Shown here piece by piece: positions 22,720 to 33,067 of a stretch of 64,000 bases of DNA. The DNA is from an uncultured SAR86 cluster bacterium (GTDB lineage: Bacteria > Pseudomonadota > Gammaproteobacteria > Magnimaribacterales > D2472). The notes under the pieces were generated by a model, which was not told the origin of the DNA, ran no database searches, and was given only the letters and a program-made list of their open reading frames with translations. The translations under genes and the position numbers were made by a program. How positions within the stretch are numbered: the stretch's first letter is position 1; each line of letters opens with the position of its first letter. The stretch is taken from the NCBI GenBank assembly GCA_902509555.1, contig CABWYS010000004.1:1771-65770 (forward strand), given 5' to 3'.

Positions 22720-24252
22720 CTAAATTTTTGAATTATACAATTCTACATATTTATTAATGTCCATGCCCGCATTTTTGTTAAGATTTTTGAAATCTTTTAA
22801 TGATTTTTTAGCATTGAGAGCGAACTTTGAAAAATCATCGCTAGCATGTGATTTTTGCTTCGCAGCAATTTTCTTGCTCTGGGCTAAACCATATTCTTGA
22901 AATGATAAATTTTGAGCATTCATCTCATTCATAATCTTTTCGCTTGGTAGCAAATTTTCACTCATTTCAGCACTTAAAGCATTTGAATATCCTGGACAAT
23001 ATTCATCCATAGCAGTTGCAACCTGTTCTAGCTCATCATAAAAGATCTTTTTTAATTCTTTTAAGGGAGTTGAGACTCCATTTTGTTCTAAATTGACATT
23101 TTCTGATCTTCCATTTTCAACCATGGTTTTTTGATTGGCTCTTATCTCTTCAATCTCCTTATCAGAAACTTGAGGGCTTTCAGAAATTAGGGAATGCATT
23201 ATAAAAATGTCTAAAAGTTTAATTTTATTCTCATCAATACCTTCAGGTATAAAAGGGTTAATATCGATTCCTCTCAATTCTAAATATTCTATTCCTTCAT
23301 TTTTTAGAAGGGTTGCTGGGCGAGAACCACCTGGGCCAGATCTTTTTGGCCTAACTGTGTCATATAACTCGTTTTCAATTTGTAAAATCCCAGTCGATAT
23401 TTGTTGCGGAACACCCAGTTCATCAAGCAATCCTATTTCTACAAAATTCTTTACTGGAGTGTTAATTCCTTTGATTATTGCATCTATAAATTCATCTAAA
23501 TTGTTATAGTTTATTTTTAGGGCATTCTGCATGCTACTTTGATAGCCAACATCACTCATTCTTAAAGATGTGGCGCATGGTAAAAATAGATCATTGCTTC
23601 CATGCTTTATTAGAGAATGCTCTCTATTTAGCAAGTAAGACTCATGAGCAATAGGTGAGGCGCCAAGGCGCTCTAATAAAAACCAAAAATTTCTTTTAAT
23701 GTTTCTAATTGCTCCAAGGTACTTTTGATTTACAAAGCTTTGATCAGGGATGTTAGTTAATGTATCCCAAGAATCTGTTGATAAAGAAAAGTTAAAGTGA
23801 ATCCCGGATACACATTGCATGATAGATCCATACCTCAATCTCAAACCTTTTCTGTATATATGTTTTAACATTCCGCTATTGGTGTCACCATATTCAGCAA
23901 TTTTTATTTCTTTCTCGTTCTGAAATGCACACGGCATGGAGAAATTCCATAATATTTCTTCTTCCATTTCACTGTAAAGAAATTTATGCAAAAGACTAAG
24001 ATGTTCAAAAAGCTCTTCTGCAGATTCAAAAGTAGGAGTCACAAGTTCCACTAGCGCTTCTGCAAAGTCAGTTGTAATGTCTTCGCTTGTAAGAGGGGAG
24101 CCTAGGTTCTTGGGGTGATTGCTTTGAGAGATCTTTCCTTCTTGAGTAACGCGTAAAGATTCTCTTTCAATGCCACGTAAAATTTTGAGATTCTTAAAAA
24201 AGCCTCTATCTTGATGATGTTTTAAAGAGCGTTTAAACGCATCTGCAGTCAT
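22720..24252 (-). CDS. gshA: Glutamate--cysteine ligase
   Basis: RGIERESLR, ITTDFAE, SGIHFNFS, ATSLRMSD.GY, LQIENE.Y..RPK. Confidence 0.96.
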   Translation of the reverse strand: MTADAFKRSLKHHQDRGFFKNLKILRGIERESLRVTQEGKISQSNHPKNLGSPLTSEDITTDFAEALVELVTPTFESAEELFEHLSLLHKFLYSEMEEEILWNFSMPCAFQNEKEIKIAEYGDTNSGMLKHIYRKGLRLRYGSIMQCVSGIHFNFSLSTDSWDTLTNIPDQSFVNQKYLGAIRNIKRNFWFLLERLGASPIAHESYLLNREHSLIKHGSNDLFLPCATSLRMSDVGYQSSMQNALKINYNNLDEFIDAIIKGINTPVKNFVEIGLLDELGVPQQISTGILQIENELYDTVRPKRSGPGGSRPATLLKNEGIEYLELRGIDINPFIPEGIDENKIKLLDIFIMHSLISESPQVSDKEIEEIRANQKTMVENGRSENVNLEQNGVSTPLKELKKIFYDELEQVATAMDEYCPGYSNALSAEMSENLLPSEKIMNEMNAQNLSFQEYGLAQSKKIAAKQKSHASDDFSKFALNAKKSLKDFKNLNKNAGMDINKYVELYNSKI

Positions 24253-24261
24253 AAGTTTGGG

Positions 24262-25803
24262 CTAAATTGATGGGCCCGCTGCAACTATTGCTTCACTTAC
24301 TGAAAATTTCTTAAAGTTTTCTTGGAATTGCCCTATTAGATTCTTAAGATATTCATCGTATTGGCTTTTGTCTGTCCATGTTTCTTTTGGATTTAATACT
24401 TTTGAATCAACGCCATCTACTGCTACAGGAACTTCCAAATTAAGACCATCTATATGAGTGGTTTCTACATCACTTAATTCACCATTTTGAATAGCATTTA
24501 CTATTCTTCTTGTTATTGGAATATCAAACCTTGAACCAATTCCATGCGGTCCACCGGTCCAACCAGTATTGACCAGAAACACCTTAGAATTAAAAGCCTC
24601 AATTCTTTTCATAAGGAGATCAGCATAGACTCCGGCCGGCCTTGGAAAAAATGGTGCCCCAAAACAGGTTGAAAACGTAGTACCAATTGATTCAGTTGAT
24701 CCAACCTCCGTTGATCCAACTTTTGCGGTATAGCCACTCAGAAAATGATAGGCTGCAGCTTCTTTTGAAAGAATAGAAACAGGAGGAATTACGCCCGTTA
24801 AATCACAGGTTAAAAATATTACCGTTTCTGGTTCACCTGCAGAGTTTGATTGAATTGCATCGTCAATGTGTGATCGGGGATAACAACAGCGCCCATTTTC
24901 AGATAATGAGGTATTAGTGTAATCAGGAGTGCCGCTTTCATCTAAGTAAACATTCTCAATTATGCTGCCATGTTTAATGGCCTTCCAAATAACAGGCTCA
25001 TTTTTTTCGGAGAGATCAATAGTTTTTGCATAGCAACCACCTTCAAAATTAAATACAGTGCCCACTCCCCAGCCATGCTCATCATCTCCAATGAGCGAGC
25101 AAGTTGGATCAGCAGAGAGCGTGGTTTTTCCAGTTCCTGAAAGCCCAAAAAATAGCGATACGTTCCCGTCTTTATTTACGTTAGATGAGCAGTGCATTGG
25201 TAATACATCTTTTTCTGGCATTAGAAAGTTTTGAACAGAAAACATAGATTTTTTCATCTCGCCAGCATATTTCATTCCAGCAAGGAGAACTTTTCTAGCT
25301 GCAAAGTTAATAATGACACATCCCTCTGAATTTGTTCCATCTTCCTCTGGAGAGCATTCATAGTTTAAGGCGCTCATTATTTGCCATTCTTTCTTTGCTT
25401 GAGGGTTGAACTCGTCAGGACTGATAAAAATTAATTGTGAGAACATGCTATGAGAAGCGCTCTCAGCGGTAACATTTACGGGGATGTAATGATCTTCATG
25501 CGCACCCACATGAACTTTCGACAGGTAGCGATTTTTTTCTGCAAGATAGGCATCTACTTTATCCCAGAGAAGTGAGAATTTGTCAGCATCAAAAGGTCTA
25601 TTAATTTCACCCCAATCTATCAGATGAGAGGTGCTATCTTCTTTAACAATAAACCTGTCATTTGGACTTCGTCCAGTTCGAGCTCCGGTCTCCAAAGAAA
25701 GCGCTCCATTGCTCGCAATAGTGCCTTCACCATTTTCAATTGCAGCGTTGATCAGATCCTCGGTATTTAGTTCAAATGTTTCAGCCAATGCATTACTTTC
25801 CAT
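24262..25803 (-). CDS. pckA: Phosphoenolpyruvate carboxykinase (ATP)
   Basis: [43 protein letters not shown]. Confidence 0.98.
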   Translation of the reverse strand: MESNALAETFELNTEDLINAAIENGEGTIASNGALSLETGARTGRSPNDRFIVKEDSTSHLIDWGEINRPFDADKFSLLWDKVDAYLAEKNRYLSKVHVGAHEDHYIPVNVTAESASHSMFSQLIFISPDEFNPQAKKEWQIMSALNYECSPEEDGTNSEGCVIINFAARKVLLAGMKYAGEMKKSMFSVQNFLMPEKDVLPMHCSSNVNKDGNVSLFFGLSGTGKTTLSADPTCSLIGDDEHGWGVGTVFNFEGGCYAKTIDLSEKNEPVIWKAIKHGSIIENVYLDESGTPDYTNTSLSENGRCCYPRSHIDDAIQSNSAGEPETVIFLTCDLTGVIPPVSILSKEAAAYHFLSGYTAKVGSTEVGSTESIGTTFSTCFGAPFFPRPAGVYADLLMKRIEAFNSKVFLVNTGWTGGPHGIGSRFDIPITRRIVNAIQNGELSDVETTHIDGLNLEVPVAVDGVDSKVLNPKETWTDKSQYDEYLKNLIGQFQENFKKFSVSEAIVAAGPSI

Positions 25804-25955
25804 AAAAATTTATTACTCTTAAGATTCTACAATATTCTACATCTCTGAGAGAAGTATAATTTAAGAATTTGATGTAGTGGATTTGAAAATATTTAGCAAT
25901 TTTTGTCAACAAAACTACAAATACATACTTTAAAGCCTTAAATCGTATTTTTGTA

Positions 25956-25970
25956 TGTAGCAATACTACA
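25956..25970. promoter_or_regulatory. Palindromic operator upstream of pckA, HexR-like
   Basis: TGTAG-CAATA-CTACA matches TGTAR-N5-YTACA; further TGTAG/CTACA half-sites lie in the same intergenic region. Confidence 0.55.
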
Positions 25971-25973
25971 GAT

Positions 25974-26477
25974 TTAGACTTTTTTAGACTTTTGGAACAA
26001 AAAGTAAAAGTTATAGCACAACAAGAAGATAAAGAATATTAATGCCCATTCTGCAAAATTAAAAATAAATCTCCATTCATATTCAGCGCAATTACCATCT
26101 CCAAGAAGGATAGTCTGTATCACCTCAAAAATTGGAAGAGTATCCATTAAAAAGTCCATTGGGGGAGCGCAAGTTGGAACCTGATCACTGGGAAGATTTT
26201 GTAAGTATATTTGTCTACCAGCAATCACTCCGCCACCCATTGAAAATAAACCAGCTAAAAGCAGAAGAGCTTTTCTGATTGCTAAATATAATCCTGGAAT
26301 TATTAATAGAGCTCCACATAACGCAATTAATCCAAAAGACCAACGCTGAAGGATGCATAGAGGGCATGGATCGTAATAGCCAAAAACTTCAAAAATATAA
26401 GCCCCCGCTATTAACCCTATACCCAGTCCGCAGTTAACTAATGGAGGCGCTAGTAGAATTTTTTTTAGGATATTCAT
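25974..26477 (-). CDS. dsbB: Disulfide bond formation protein DsbB
   Basis: PCPLCILQR plus second Cys pair (VPTC...GNC). Confidence 0.94.
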   Translation of the reverse strand: MNILKKILLAPPLVNCGLGIGLIAGAYIFEVFGYYDPCPLCILQRWSFGLIALCGALLIIPGLYLAIRKALLLLAGLFSMGGGVIAGRQIYLQNLPSDQVPTCAPPMDFLMDTLPIFEVIQTILLGDGNCAEYEWRFIFNFAEWALIFFIFLLCYNFYFLFQKSKKV

Positions 26478-26559
26478 ATTTTTTAAAGCAGCATTAAATG
26501 CATAGTGATCTTATATTATCCATGGCTTATATAAAAACCTAATGACATAATAAATTTTT

Positions 26560-29259
26560 ATGAATACTCCTGCAAAAAAAATTTTTTTGATAGACGGCTC
26601 CTCTTACTTGTATAGAGCTTTTCATGCTATGCCACCTCTAACAACCTCAAGAGGCCTTCCAACAGGCGCAGTTAAAGGGGTTACAAATATGTTACGCAAC
26701 TTACGCAAGGAAAACCCTGATTCATATTACCTTTCAATCTTTGATGCAAAGGGCAAAAATTTTCGTCATGATATTTATAAAGACTATAAAGCAAATCGCC
26801 CCCCAATGCCTGAGGATTTAAGAGAGCAGCTTGCTCCATTAAAGGAAATATGCAATGCAATGGGAATGCCGGTTATTGAAATCCCAAAAGTAGAAGCCGA
26901 TGATGTTATCGCCACTTTGGCTGTGATGGGTTCGCAGCAAGGAATGCCTATAGTTATATCTTCTTTGGACAAAGACCTCATGCAACTGGTTGAGGACCCG
27001 CTAGTAAAGATGATGAATACCATGAATAATCAAATTTATGATGTTGCGGGAGTTGAAGAAAAGTTTGGCGTTCATCCAAATCAGATAATTGATTATCTAG
27101 CGATTGTTGGAGATACATCTGACAATATTCCAGGCGTGCCAAAAGTAGGACCCAAAACTGCTGTTAAGTGGCTTGGTGAATTCAAGACTCTTCAGGGAAT
27201 TATTGATAATGCAGATTCACTTACTGGGGTTGTAGGGCAGAATTTCAGAGACTCTATTCCAGATTTAGATAGAAATATTGAGCTTGTTACCTTAAAAAAA
27301 GACGTTGATTTAAAAGTTTCTCTTGAAGATCTACTTATGGCTGAAGAGAATCAAGCGGAGTTAAACAAATTATTCGCATCCCTTGAATTTAAAACATGGA
27401 TAAAGTCCTCTCGAAGCTCAGGCAGCGAAGTTTCTGAAGCTCCAAAATCAAAAAAAGAGTATCAAGCTGTTTTAACAGAAAATGATTTAAAAGCATGGGC
27501 TAAAAAAATTGATAAGTGCAGTGTCTTTGCCATTGATACCGAAACTTCTTCTTTGGATACAATGACGGCAGATCTTATAGGGATATCATTGGCATGCAAT
27601 GAAGGAGAGAGTTGTTATATACCTATTAAACATTCATATGAAGAGATGCCAAAACAGATGCCGCTTACTCAAATTCAAAAAATCTTGGGCACCACCATTA
27701 CAAAAAATCAAAAAAAATTAGTTGGCCAAAATCTTAAATTTGATTTACCTATGCTCAATAGACATGGTATAGAGGTGGAAGAGTTCCTAGGAGATACCAT
27801 GTTGATGTCATATGTTTTAAATAGTACTGGTACGAGACATGGACTAGATAGGATGGCTTTATATTACTTAAATTATGAGCCTATGAAGTATGAAGAAGTT
27901 GTAGGCTCTGCCTCAAAGCAAATTAACTTTGCTCAGGTTGATATTCCAGCTGCAACATTCTATGCAGCAGAAGATGCTGATGTAACCCTAAGGCTTTTTA
28001 ATCTCCTCAATGGAATGCTTAAAGACCAACCCAAGCTTATCAACCTTCTTCAATCTATCGAATATCCCATGCTTCAGTCCCTAATTAGGGTCGAAACTAA
28101 TGGAGCAAAGATTGATGCACGAATGCTATCAGAATATTCAAATGAGCTAGCAATTAAGATTGAAGATCTATCTAAATCTGCATTTAAAGTGGCGGGAGAA
28201 GAATTTAACATGGACTCTCCAAAACAACTTGTTGAGATTCTTTACAATAAATTAGATTTGCCCGTTCTTAAGAAGACTCCAAAAGGCCAGCCCTCAACTA
28301 ATGAAGACACTCTTCAAAGACTAGCTGAAGAATATGACCTTCCAAAAATTATTATCGAATATAGAGGCTTAGCAAAATTAAAATCCACATATACAGATAG
28401 CTTGATTAATATTCAGCATCCTGTCTCAAAAAGGATTCATACCTCATATCAACAAGCTGTAACCTCAACTGGAAGACTCTCCTCTACTGAACCCAATCTG
28501 CAGAATATTCCAATCAAAACTCCCGAAGGAAGAAAAATAAGAGAGGCTTTTATAGCTGAAAAGGGCAATGTATTGATTTCAGCTGATTACTCGCAGATTG
28601 AATTAAGAATTATGGCCCATCTATCTGGAGATAAAAATTTAACTCATGCATTCAATAATAATATAGATGTTCATTCAGCCACTGCTTCAGAAATTTTTAA
28701 TATCTCACTCGAAGATGTGTCGCCAGATCATCGCAGAAGTGCTAAAGCAATTAATTTTGGACTAATCTATGGCATGTCTGCCTTTGGACTCACTAGACAG
28801 CTAGGTATTCCACGACATGAAGCGCAAGCATATCTTGATACATACTTTGAGAGATATACGGGCGTAAGAAAATATATGGACTCTACAAAAGAATTAGCTA
28901 AAAAAAATCTTTTTGTTGAGACCATCCTTGGAAGAAAACTGCATGTATCTGCTATAAATGATTCTAACGGACTAAGGCGTCAAGCGGCAGAAAGAGCTGC
29001 CATAAACGCTCCATTGCAGGGTTCTGCAGCAGACATTATTAAAAAGGCAATGATTGATGTTGATCATTGGATTGGAAATAACAACTCAGATATAAAAATG
29101 ATTATGCAGGTTCATGATGAGTTAATTTTTGAAGTAAAAAAAGGTTTTGCTGAGGAGGCTCTTAAAAATATTACAAGCCTTATGGAAAGCTCAGTTAAAT
29201 TAGACATTCCTTTAATAGTGGATGCAAATACAGGAGCAAATTGGAACGAAGCTCACTAA
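26560..29259 (+). CDS. polA: DNA polymerase I
   Basis: 5'-3' exonuclease (IDGSSYLYRAFHA), 3'-5' exonuclease (IDTET), polymerase motifs ADYSQIELR, KAINFGLIYG, QVHDEL. Confidence 0.99.
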   Translation: MNTPAKKIFLIDGSSYLYRAFHAMPPLTTSRGLPTGAVKGVTNMLRNLRKENPDSYYLSIFDAKGKNFRHDIYKDYKANRPPMPEDLREQLAPLKEICNAMGMPVIEIPKVEADDVIATLAVMGSQQGMPIVISSLDKDLMQLVEDPLVKMMNTMNNQIYDVAGVEEKFGVHPNQIIDYLAIVGDTSDNIPGVPKVGPKTAVKWLGEFKTLQGIIDNADSLTGVVGQNFRDSIPDLDRNIELVTLKKDVDLKVSLEDLLMAEENQAELNKLFASLEFKTWIKSSRSSGSEVSEAPKSKKEYQAVLTENDLKAWAKKIDKCSVFAIDTETSSLDTMTADLIGISLACNEGESCYIPIKHSYEEMPKQMPLTQIQKILGTTITKNQKKLVGQNLKFDLPMLNRHGIEVEEFLGDTMLMSYVLNSTGTRHGLDRMALYYLNYEPMKYEEVVGSASKQINFAQVDIPAATFYAAEDADVTLRLFNLLNGMLKDQPKLINLLQSIEYPMLQSLIRVETNGAKIDARMLSEYSNELAIKIEDLSKSAFKVAGEEFNMDSPKQLVEILYNKLDLPVLKKTPKGQPSTNEDTLQRLAEEYDLPKIIIEYRGLAKLKSTYTDSLINIQHPVSKRIHTSYQQAVTSTGRLSSTEPNLQNIPIKTPEGRKIREAFIAEKGNVLISADYSQIELRIMAHLSGDKNLTHAFNNNIDVHSATASEIFNISLEDVSPDHRRSAKAINFGLIYGMSAFGLTRQLGIPRHEAQAYLDTYFERYTGVRKYMDSTKELAKKNLFVETILGRKLHVSAINDSNGLRRQAAERAAINAPLQGSAADIIKKAMIDVDHWIGNNNSDIKMIMQVHDELIFEVKKGFAEEALKNITSLMESSVKLDIPLIVDANTGANWNEAH

Positions 29260-29263
29260 TGAT

Positions 29264-29788
29264 TTAGTTGGTTATAGTTCCAGACCATATTAATGGCTTT
29301 TTAACCATTCGTTCTGCTGGAGTAAGTATCTTGATTCCGAATTCTTCACGTAAGTCACAAACCCTTTGATCCATTAAAGAATCAGGCGACACAAAAGGCC
29401 ACTTTTTATTCATTTGCTTAGCACGCTTTCTTATTTTAAATTTAATGGGCACTAGTTTAATAGCAACCATTAAGAGTCGAAAGTAACCAGGATCGCGCCA
29501 AAAATCTTTATATAGTTGCTTTAGTTCTGGAAGTTTGTTGTACGCAAGTAATTCTTTAAGTTTCCATTTTGTTCCCAGGAATACCCATGAATCTAACATA
29601 GATTCTTGTTCCAAAGAGGTATCAAGACCAAAAATTACATGAGTTGCATCATGATCTCTGATAATTGTTGAACCAGGCTCATCAATAAGCTGTTTTTTGC
29701 CATTTGATTGTAAGTAGGCTCGATACTCCTCTAACCCCTCAGCAAGTGTGATCTTGCAGTCTTGAGACTGAAAAGATAAATTAGTCAT
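29264..29788 (-). CDS. Coq4-like metal-binding protein (hypothetical)
   Basis: HDATH-x11-E motif and a ...DLREEFGI C-terminal motif resembling the Coq4 family; start overlaps the engB stop. Confidence 0.6.
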   Translation of the reverse strand: MTNLSFQSQDCKITLAEGLEEYRAYLQSNGKKQLIDEPGSTIIRDHDATHVIFGLDTSLEQESMLDSWVFLGTKWKLKELLAYNKLPELKQLYKDFWRDPGYFRLLMVAIKLVPIKFKIRKRAKQMNKKWPFVSPDSLMDQRVCDLREEFGIKILTPAERMVKKPLIWSGTITN

Positions 29789-30365
29789 CCCTGAATCCTA
29801 CCAGAATCTTTCTTAATTTATCAATCCCAGTTTCTTTTGACGATGAAATTGCCAAAACCTCTATAGCATTAGTTGCTTTGCTCACTTGCTTAATTGTCTT
29901 CATTAAAATATTTTTAGATACCTTATCCGATTTAGTTAGCACAGGAACATAAGCAACATCAAAACTTTCACACAATTCAATCATTTCAAGATCAATTGGT
30001 TTAAGTGGATGCCTTATATCCATAAATATTAGTACTGCCTTGAGGGCTTTTCTATTTTTAAAATATTCTCCAAGTAATGGTCCCCAATCTTTTTTTCTTG
30101 AGTGACCTGATTTAGCAAAACCGTAGCCAGGTAAGTCAAGAAGCTTAAATCCATCTTCCATTTCAAAGAAATTAATCTCAGTTGTTCTTCCAGGAGTTTT
30201 GCTTATTCTTGCTAATTTTTTATTACCTGTTAAAGCATTCAATGCACTTGATTTACCCGCATTTGATCGACCGGACAATAAAACCTCTATTCCAGTATCT
30301 TCTGGAAGATTTTTATGCTTTGTTACGCCAAATAAAAAAGCAGTATTTTTGAAAGGATTTTTCAT
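29781..30365 (-). CDS. engB: Ribosome biogenesis GTPase EngB/YihA
   Basis: GRSNAGKSS, SKTPGRT, DLPGYG, TKSDK; ATG at 30365. Confidence 0.96.
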   Translation of the reverse strand: MKNPFKNTAFLFGVTKHKNLPEDTGIEVLLSGRSNAGKSSALNALTGNKKLARISKTPGRTTEINFFEMEDGFKLLDLPGYGFAKSGHSRKKDWGPLLGEYFKNRKALKAVLIFMDIRHPLKPIDLEMIELCESFDVAYVPVLTKSDKVSKNILMKTIKQVSKATNAIEVLAISSSKETGIDKLRKILVGFRDD

Positions 30366-30429
30366 AAGATCATTTATCTCGCGCCACGCACGACATATAA
30401 TATGCCTTCTTAACCACAACGTACAATTT

Positions 30430-31083
30430 ATGTTAAAAACTTATTTAATCATTGGCTTAAGCATGACTTCTTTGGCAATCTCTGCAGCCGAAGTTAAGAT
30501 GCCTGATTTGTTGGCCACTGGAGATGCTCAGGCGGGGGCAGGATTAGTTGCAACATGTTCAGCATGTCATGGAGCTGAAGGCCAAAGCATTAATTCTGAC
30601 TGGCCAAGTCTAGCTGGGCAAAATCAAAGATATATAAGTGATCAACTCAAATATTTTCAACAAGGCGATAGAGAGAATGCTTTGATGATGGCTGTTATCC
30701 CATATCTTAAAACCCTTTCAGACTCTGAGCTTCTTAATATAGCTGCATTTTATAGCTCCCAGTCCCCGGCGGTCGGTCAAGCCAAAGATGATGCTGAGCT
30801 ATTGGCCTTAGGGGAAAGTCTTTATAGGGCTGGAGATTTAGAAAGAGGCATACCAGCATGTACAGCATGCCATTCGGTAAATGGCGCGGGGAATGCTCAA
30901 GCAGGTTTCCCAAGAGTTTCAGGACAGCAAAAAGGTTATTTAATTACCACCCTTAAGGAGTATAGAAATCTCTCAAGGAATGCAGGTGATTACTCTTTGG
31001 TTATGCAATCAGCATCCCAGAATTTAAAAGATTCAGACATAGAAGCCCTAGCTAACTATATGCACGGACTATATCAACAATGA
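30430..31083 (+). CDS. Diheme cytochrome c4
   Basis: Signal peptide and two CxxCH motifs (CSACH, CTACH); engB-c4-dsbA order; ATG at 30430 preferred. Confidence 0.93.
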   Translation: MLKTYLIIGLSMTSLAISAAEVKMPDLLATGDAQAGAGLVATCSACHGAEGQSINSDWPSLAGQNQRYISDQLKYFQQGDRENALMMAVIPYLKTLSDSELLNIAAFYSSQSPAVGQAKDDAELLALGESLYRAGDLERGIPACTACHSVNGAGNAQAGFPRVSGQQKGYLITTLKEYRNLSRNAGDYSLVMQSASQNLKDSDIEALANYMHGLYQQ

Positions 31084-31697
31084 AAAAAAATATAATTCTA
31101 TCTACTTTTTTACTAGTTATTTTTTCTGTTTCTGTTGCCTCAGAATATAGGCTTGGAAGAGATTATGGCTCCTTATCAAGGCCACTACCTGTAAAAGAGG
31201 ATGGCGTAGTCGATGTGGTCGAAGTATTTTGGTATGGCTGTGGACATTGTTTCAACTTAGCACCCATTACCGCGAAATGGGCCCAGCAACAAGATGCATC
31301 TGTGAATTATCAAAAAATGCCAGTTACCTGGGGCCCTGTTCATCAGCTGCATGCAAAGCTATTTTATACCATTGAAGCATTGGGCATAGGTGATACTGCT
31401 CACTCAGCAGTTTTTACTGCCATGCATAAAGAAGGTAATTTTTTAGGCAGCGAGAGAGCAATTTTAGAGTTTCTTGAAAAACTTGGAACTGATAGAAGCG
31501 AAACCATTAAATACATGAACTCTTTTTCTGTTAGGCAGAAAGTTAAGCGAGCAATAGAACTATCAAAACAGTTTAAAGTTACTGCAACCCCAATGATTTT
31601 TGTAGATGGAAAGTATAGAATAGAGGCCAAAGGAGGCCACTCAAAAATGCTTAAGGTGGTTGATCATGTGATCAAAATTCAAAAACCAGTTTCTTAG
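31080..31697 (+). CDS. dsbA: Thiol:disulfide oxidoreductase DsbA
   Basis: Signal peptide, FWYGCGHC, cis-Pro loop ATP..V.GKY. Confidence 0.92.
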   Translation: MKKNIILSTFLLVIFSVSVASEYRLGRDYGSLSRPLPVKEDGVVDVVEVFWYGCGHCFNLAPITAKWAQQQDASVNYQKMPVTWGPVHQLHAKLFYTIEALGIGDTAHSAVFTAMHKEGNFLGSERAILEFLEKLGTDRSETIKYMNSFSVRQKVKRAIELSKQFKVTATPMIFVDGKYRIEAKGGHSKMLKVVDHVIKIQKPVS

Positions 31698-31715
31698 AGC
31701 AAAATTTAAAAAATT

Positions 31716-32126
31716 ATGAAAAAATTTATCCCAGTTTTTGTTGTGACTCTAGCAGTAGTCTTATTCTTTAATGGTAAGAAATATGATGAATTAGTTAGTT
31801 CACGACTAAGCTCCTCAATTGCAGTTTGCTTAGAAGGTCAAACTTGTGGTCAGGCCACAGCAATGAATGTTGTTGCAAGTGGAGCTTCCAGATCTGCTGA
31901 GTCAATCTATTCAAGCGGGTGTGCGGCTTGTCATGATGCTGGTATTGCAGGTGCGCCAATGATGGGCGATAAAGCTGCATGGGAAACACGGCAAGCCAAA
32001 GGCTACGAAATGCTTGTAGATAATGCTTACAATGGAATTAATGGTATGCCAGCTAAGGGCCTTTGTGCAGATTGTACCAAAGAGGAAATAGGTATAGCTG
32101 TTCAGTACATGCTAGATACTATTTAG
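31716..32126 (+). CDS. Cytochrome c5
   Basis: CAACH, GAP..GD..AW, MPAKGLC.DC. Confidence 0.92.
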   Translation: MKKFIPVFVVTLAVVLFFNGKKYDELVSSRLSSSIAVCLEGQTCGQATAMNVVASGASRSAESIYSSGCAACHDAGIAGAPMMGDKAAWETRQAKGYEMLVDNAYNGINGMPAKGLCADCTKEEIGIAVQYMLDTI

Positions 32127-32370
32127 TTTTAGATTCGTCTAATAATTCTTCCAGTTTAGAAACCCTTTGTTCTAGTCTTTTGGCCAAGTCTTTGAGGGCC
32201 TCATATTCTTCATTTGATACATAGCCTTGAGATTTTACAAGATCATCAAACCTATCTTTCAATTCATTTTGAATAATCTTTATATTTGGTTCATTCGCAT
32301 CCTCAGAGAACCCATCAATTTTGTCACGAAGAATGCTAACAAAAGCATCAAAAGAATCTTTAGCTGCCAT
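32119..32370 (-). CDS. ubiK: Ubiquinone biosynthesis accessory factor UbiK (BMFP family)
   Basis: Short protein with V.(N)EEYE.L...RLEQRV.KLE coiled coil. Confidence 0.65.
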   Translation of the reverse strand: MAAKDSFDAFVSILRDKIDGFSEDANEPNIKIIQNELKDRFDDLVKSQGYVSNEEYEALKDLAKRLEQRVSKLEELLDESKTK

Positions 32371-33067
32371 AAGTACTTTCTACTAGATTTATAAATTGAG
32401 ACCATCTATTAAATTGAATAGGAGGTTTTTTATCAACCTCCCAATTTAGATTATTTAGATTAAACCACATTGTATTTATGCCCAAGTCCCTTGCTCCCAA
32501 AACATCATTCACTGGATGATCTCCAACATGAAGAGTGTCTCTAAAATCTACCTTAGAGAGCTCACGGGCTTTAACAAAATGGCCTTTATCTGGCTTATTG
32601 CTTTTTACATCCATTGAAGAGATTGAGAAATCAAACAGGTGGCCGATGCCCAATTTATTAACATCAGCATTACCGTTTGTAAGAACACCTAGCATATATT
32701 CTGAAGACAATTTTTCTAAAACGGAAAGCACATCATCATAGAAAGTTACTTTATGTCTTTCCTCCAAGAAAAAGTTATAAGCATCTTCAATAAATTCATT
32801 CAAATCTTTTGTGTCTTTAAAAAATTTTTTAGTATGATGAGCAATTGTTTTTTTCCTTAGCATTCCCAGATCATATTCTAATGATGGGTCTTCTTTTACC
32901 AGCCCACCTCTAATTTGCATAAAATCTTCAAATGTTCCCCATTCTATTTTTTCTCCAATTCTGTCTTCTGACCATTTTCTAGAATTCATTTCTGCATTGA
33001 TAATGGTGCTTTTGATGTCCCAAAATGTGTCATCTAAATCAAAAGTAATGAGTTGAATTCTAGACAT
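32360..33067 (-). CDS. HAD-superfamily hydrolase (YigB-like)
   Basis: FDLDDTFW, LTNGNAD, KP, HVGD...DV; directly downstream of xerC. Confidence 0.9.
   Translation of the reverse strand: MSRIQLITFDLDDTFWDIKSTIINAEMNSRKWSEDRIGEKIEWGTFEDFMQIRGGLVKEDPSLEYDLGMLRKKTIAHHTKKFFKDTKDLNEFIEDAYNFFLEERHKVTFYDDVLSVLEKLSSEYMLGVLTNGNADVNKLGIGHLFDFSISSMDVKSNKPDKGHFVKARELSKVDFRDTLHVGDHPVNDVLGARDLGINTMWFNLNNLNWEVDKKPPIQFNRWSQFINLVESTYGS

Noticed and set aside
29260-29300. Spot 42 sRNA downstream of polA
   Set aside because: Only 4 bp separate polA from the convergent ORF; no matching sequence
30199-30429. Long N-terminal extensions of cytochrome c4 and EngB that overlap each other
   Set aside because: Homology and signal peptide begin at ATG 30430 and ATG 30365; the extensions are artefacts of longest-ORF calling
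31230-31250. CGHC rather than CPHC in DsbA
   Set aside because: Known natural variant of the thioredoxin-fold active site; not notable alone
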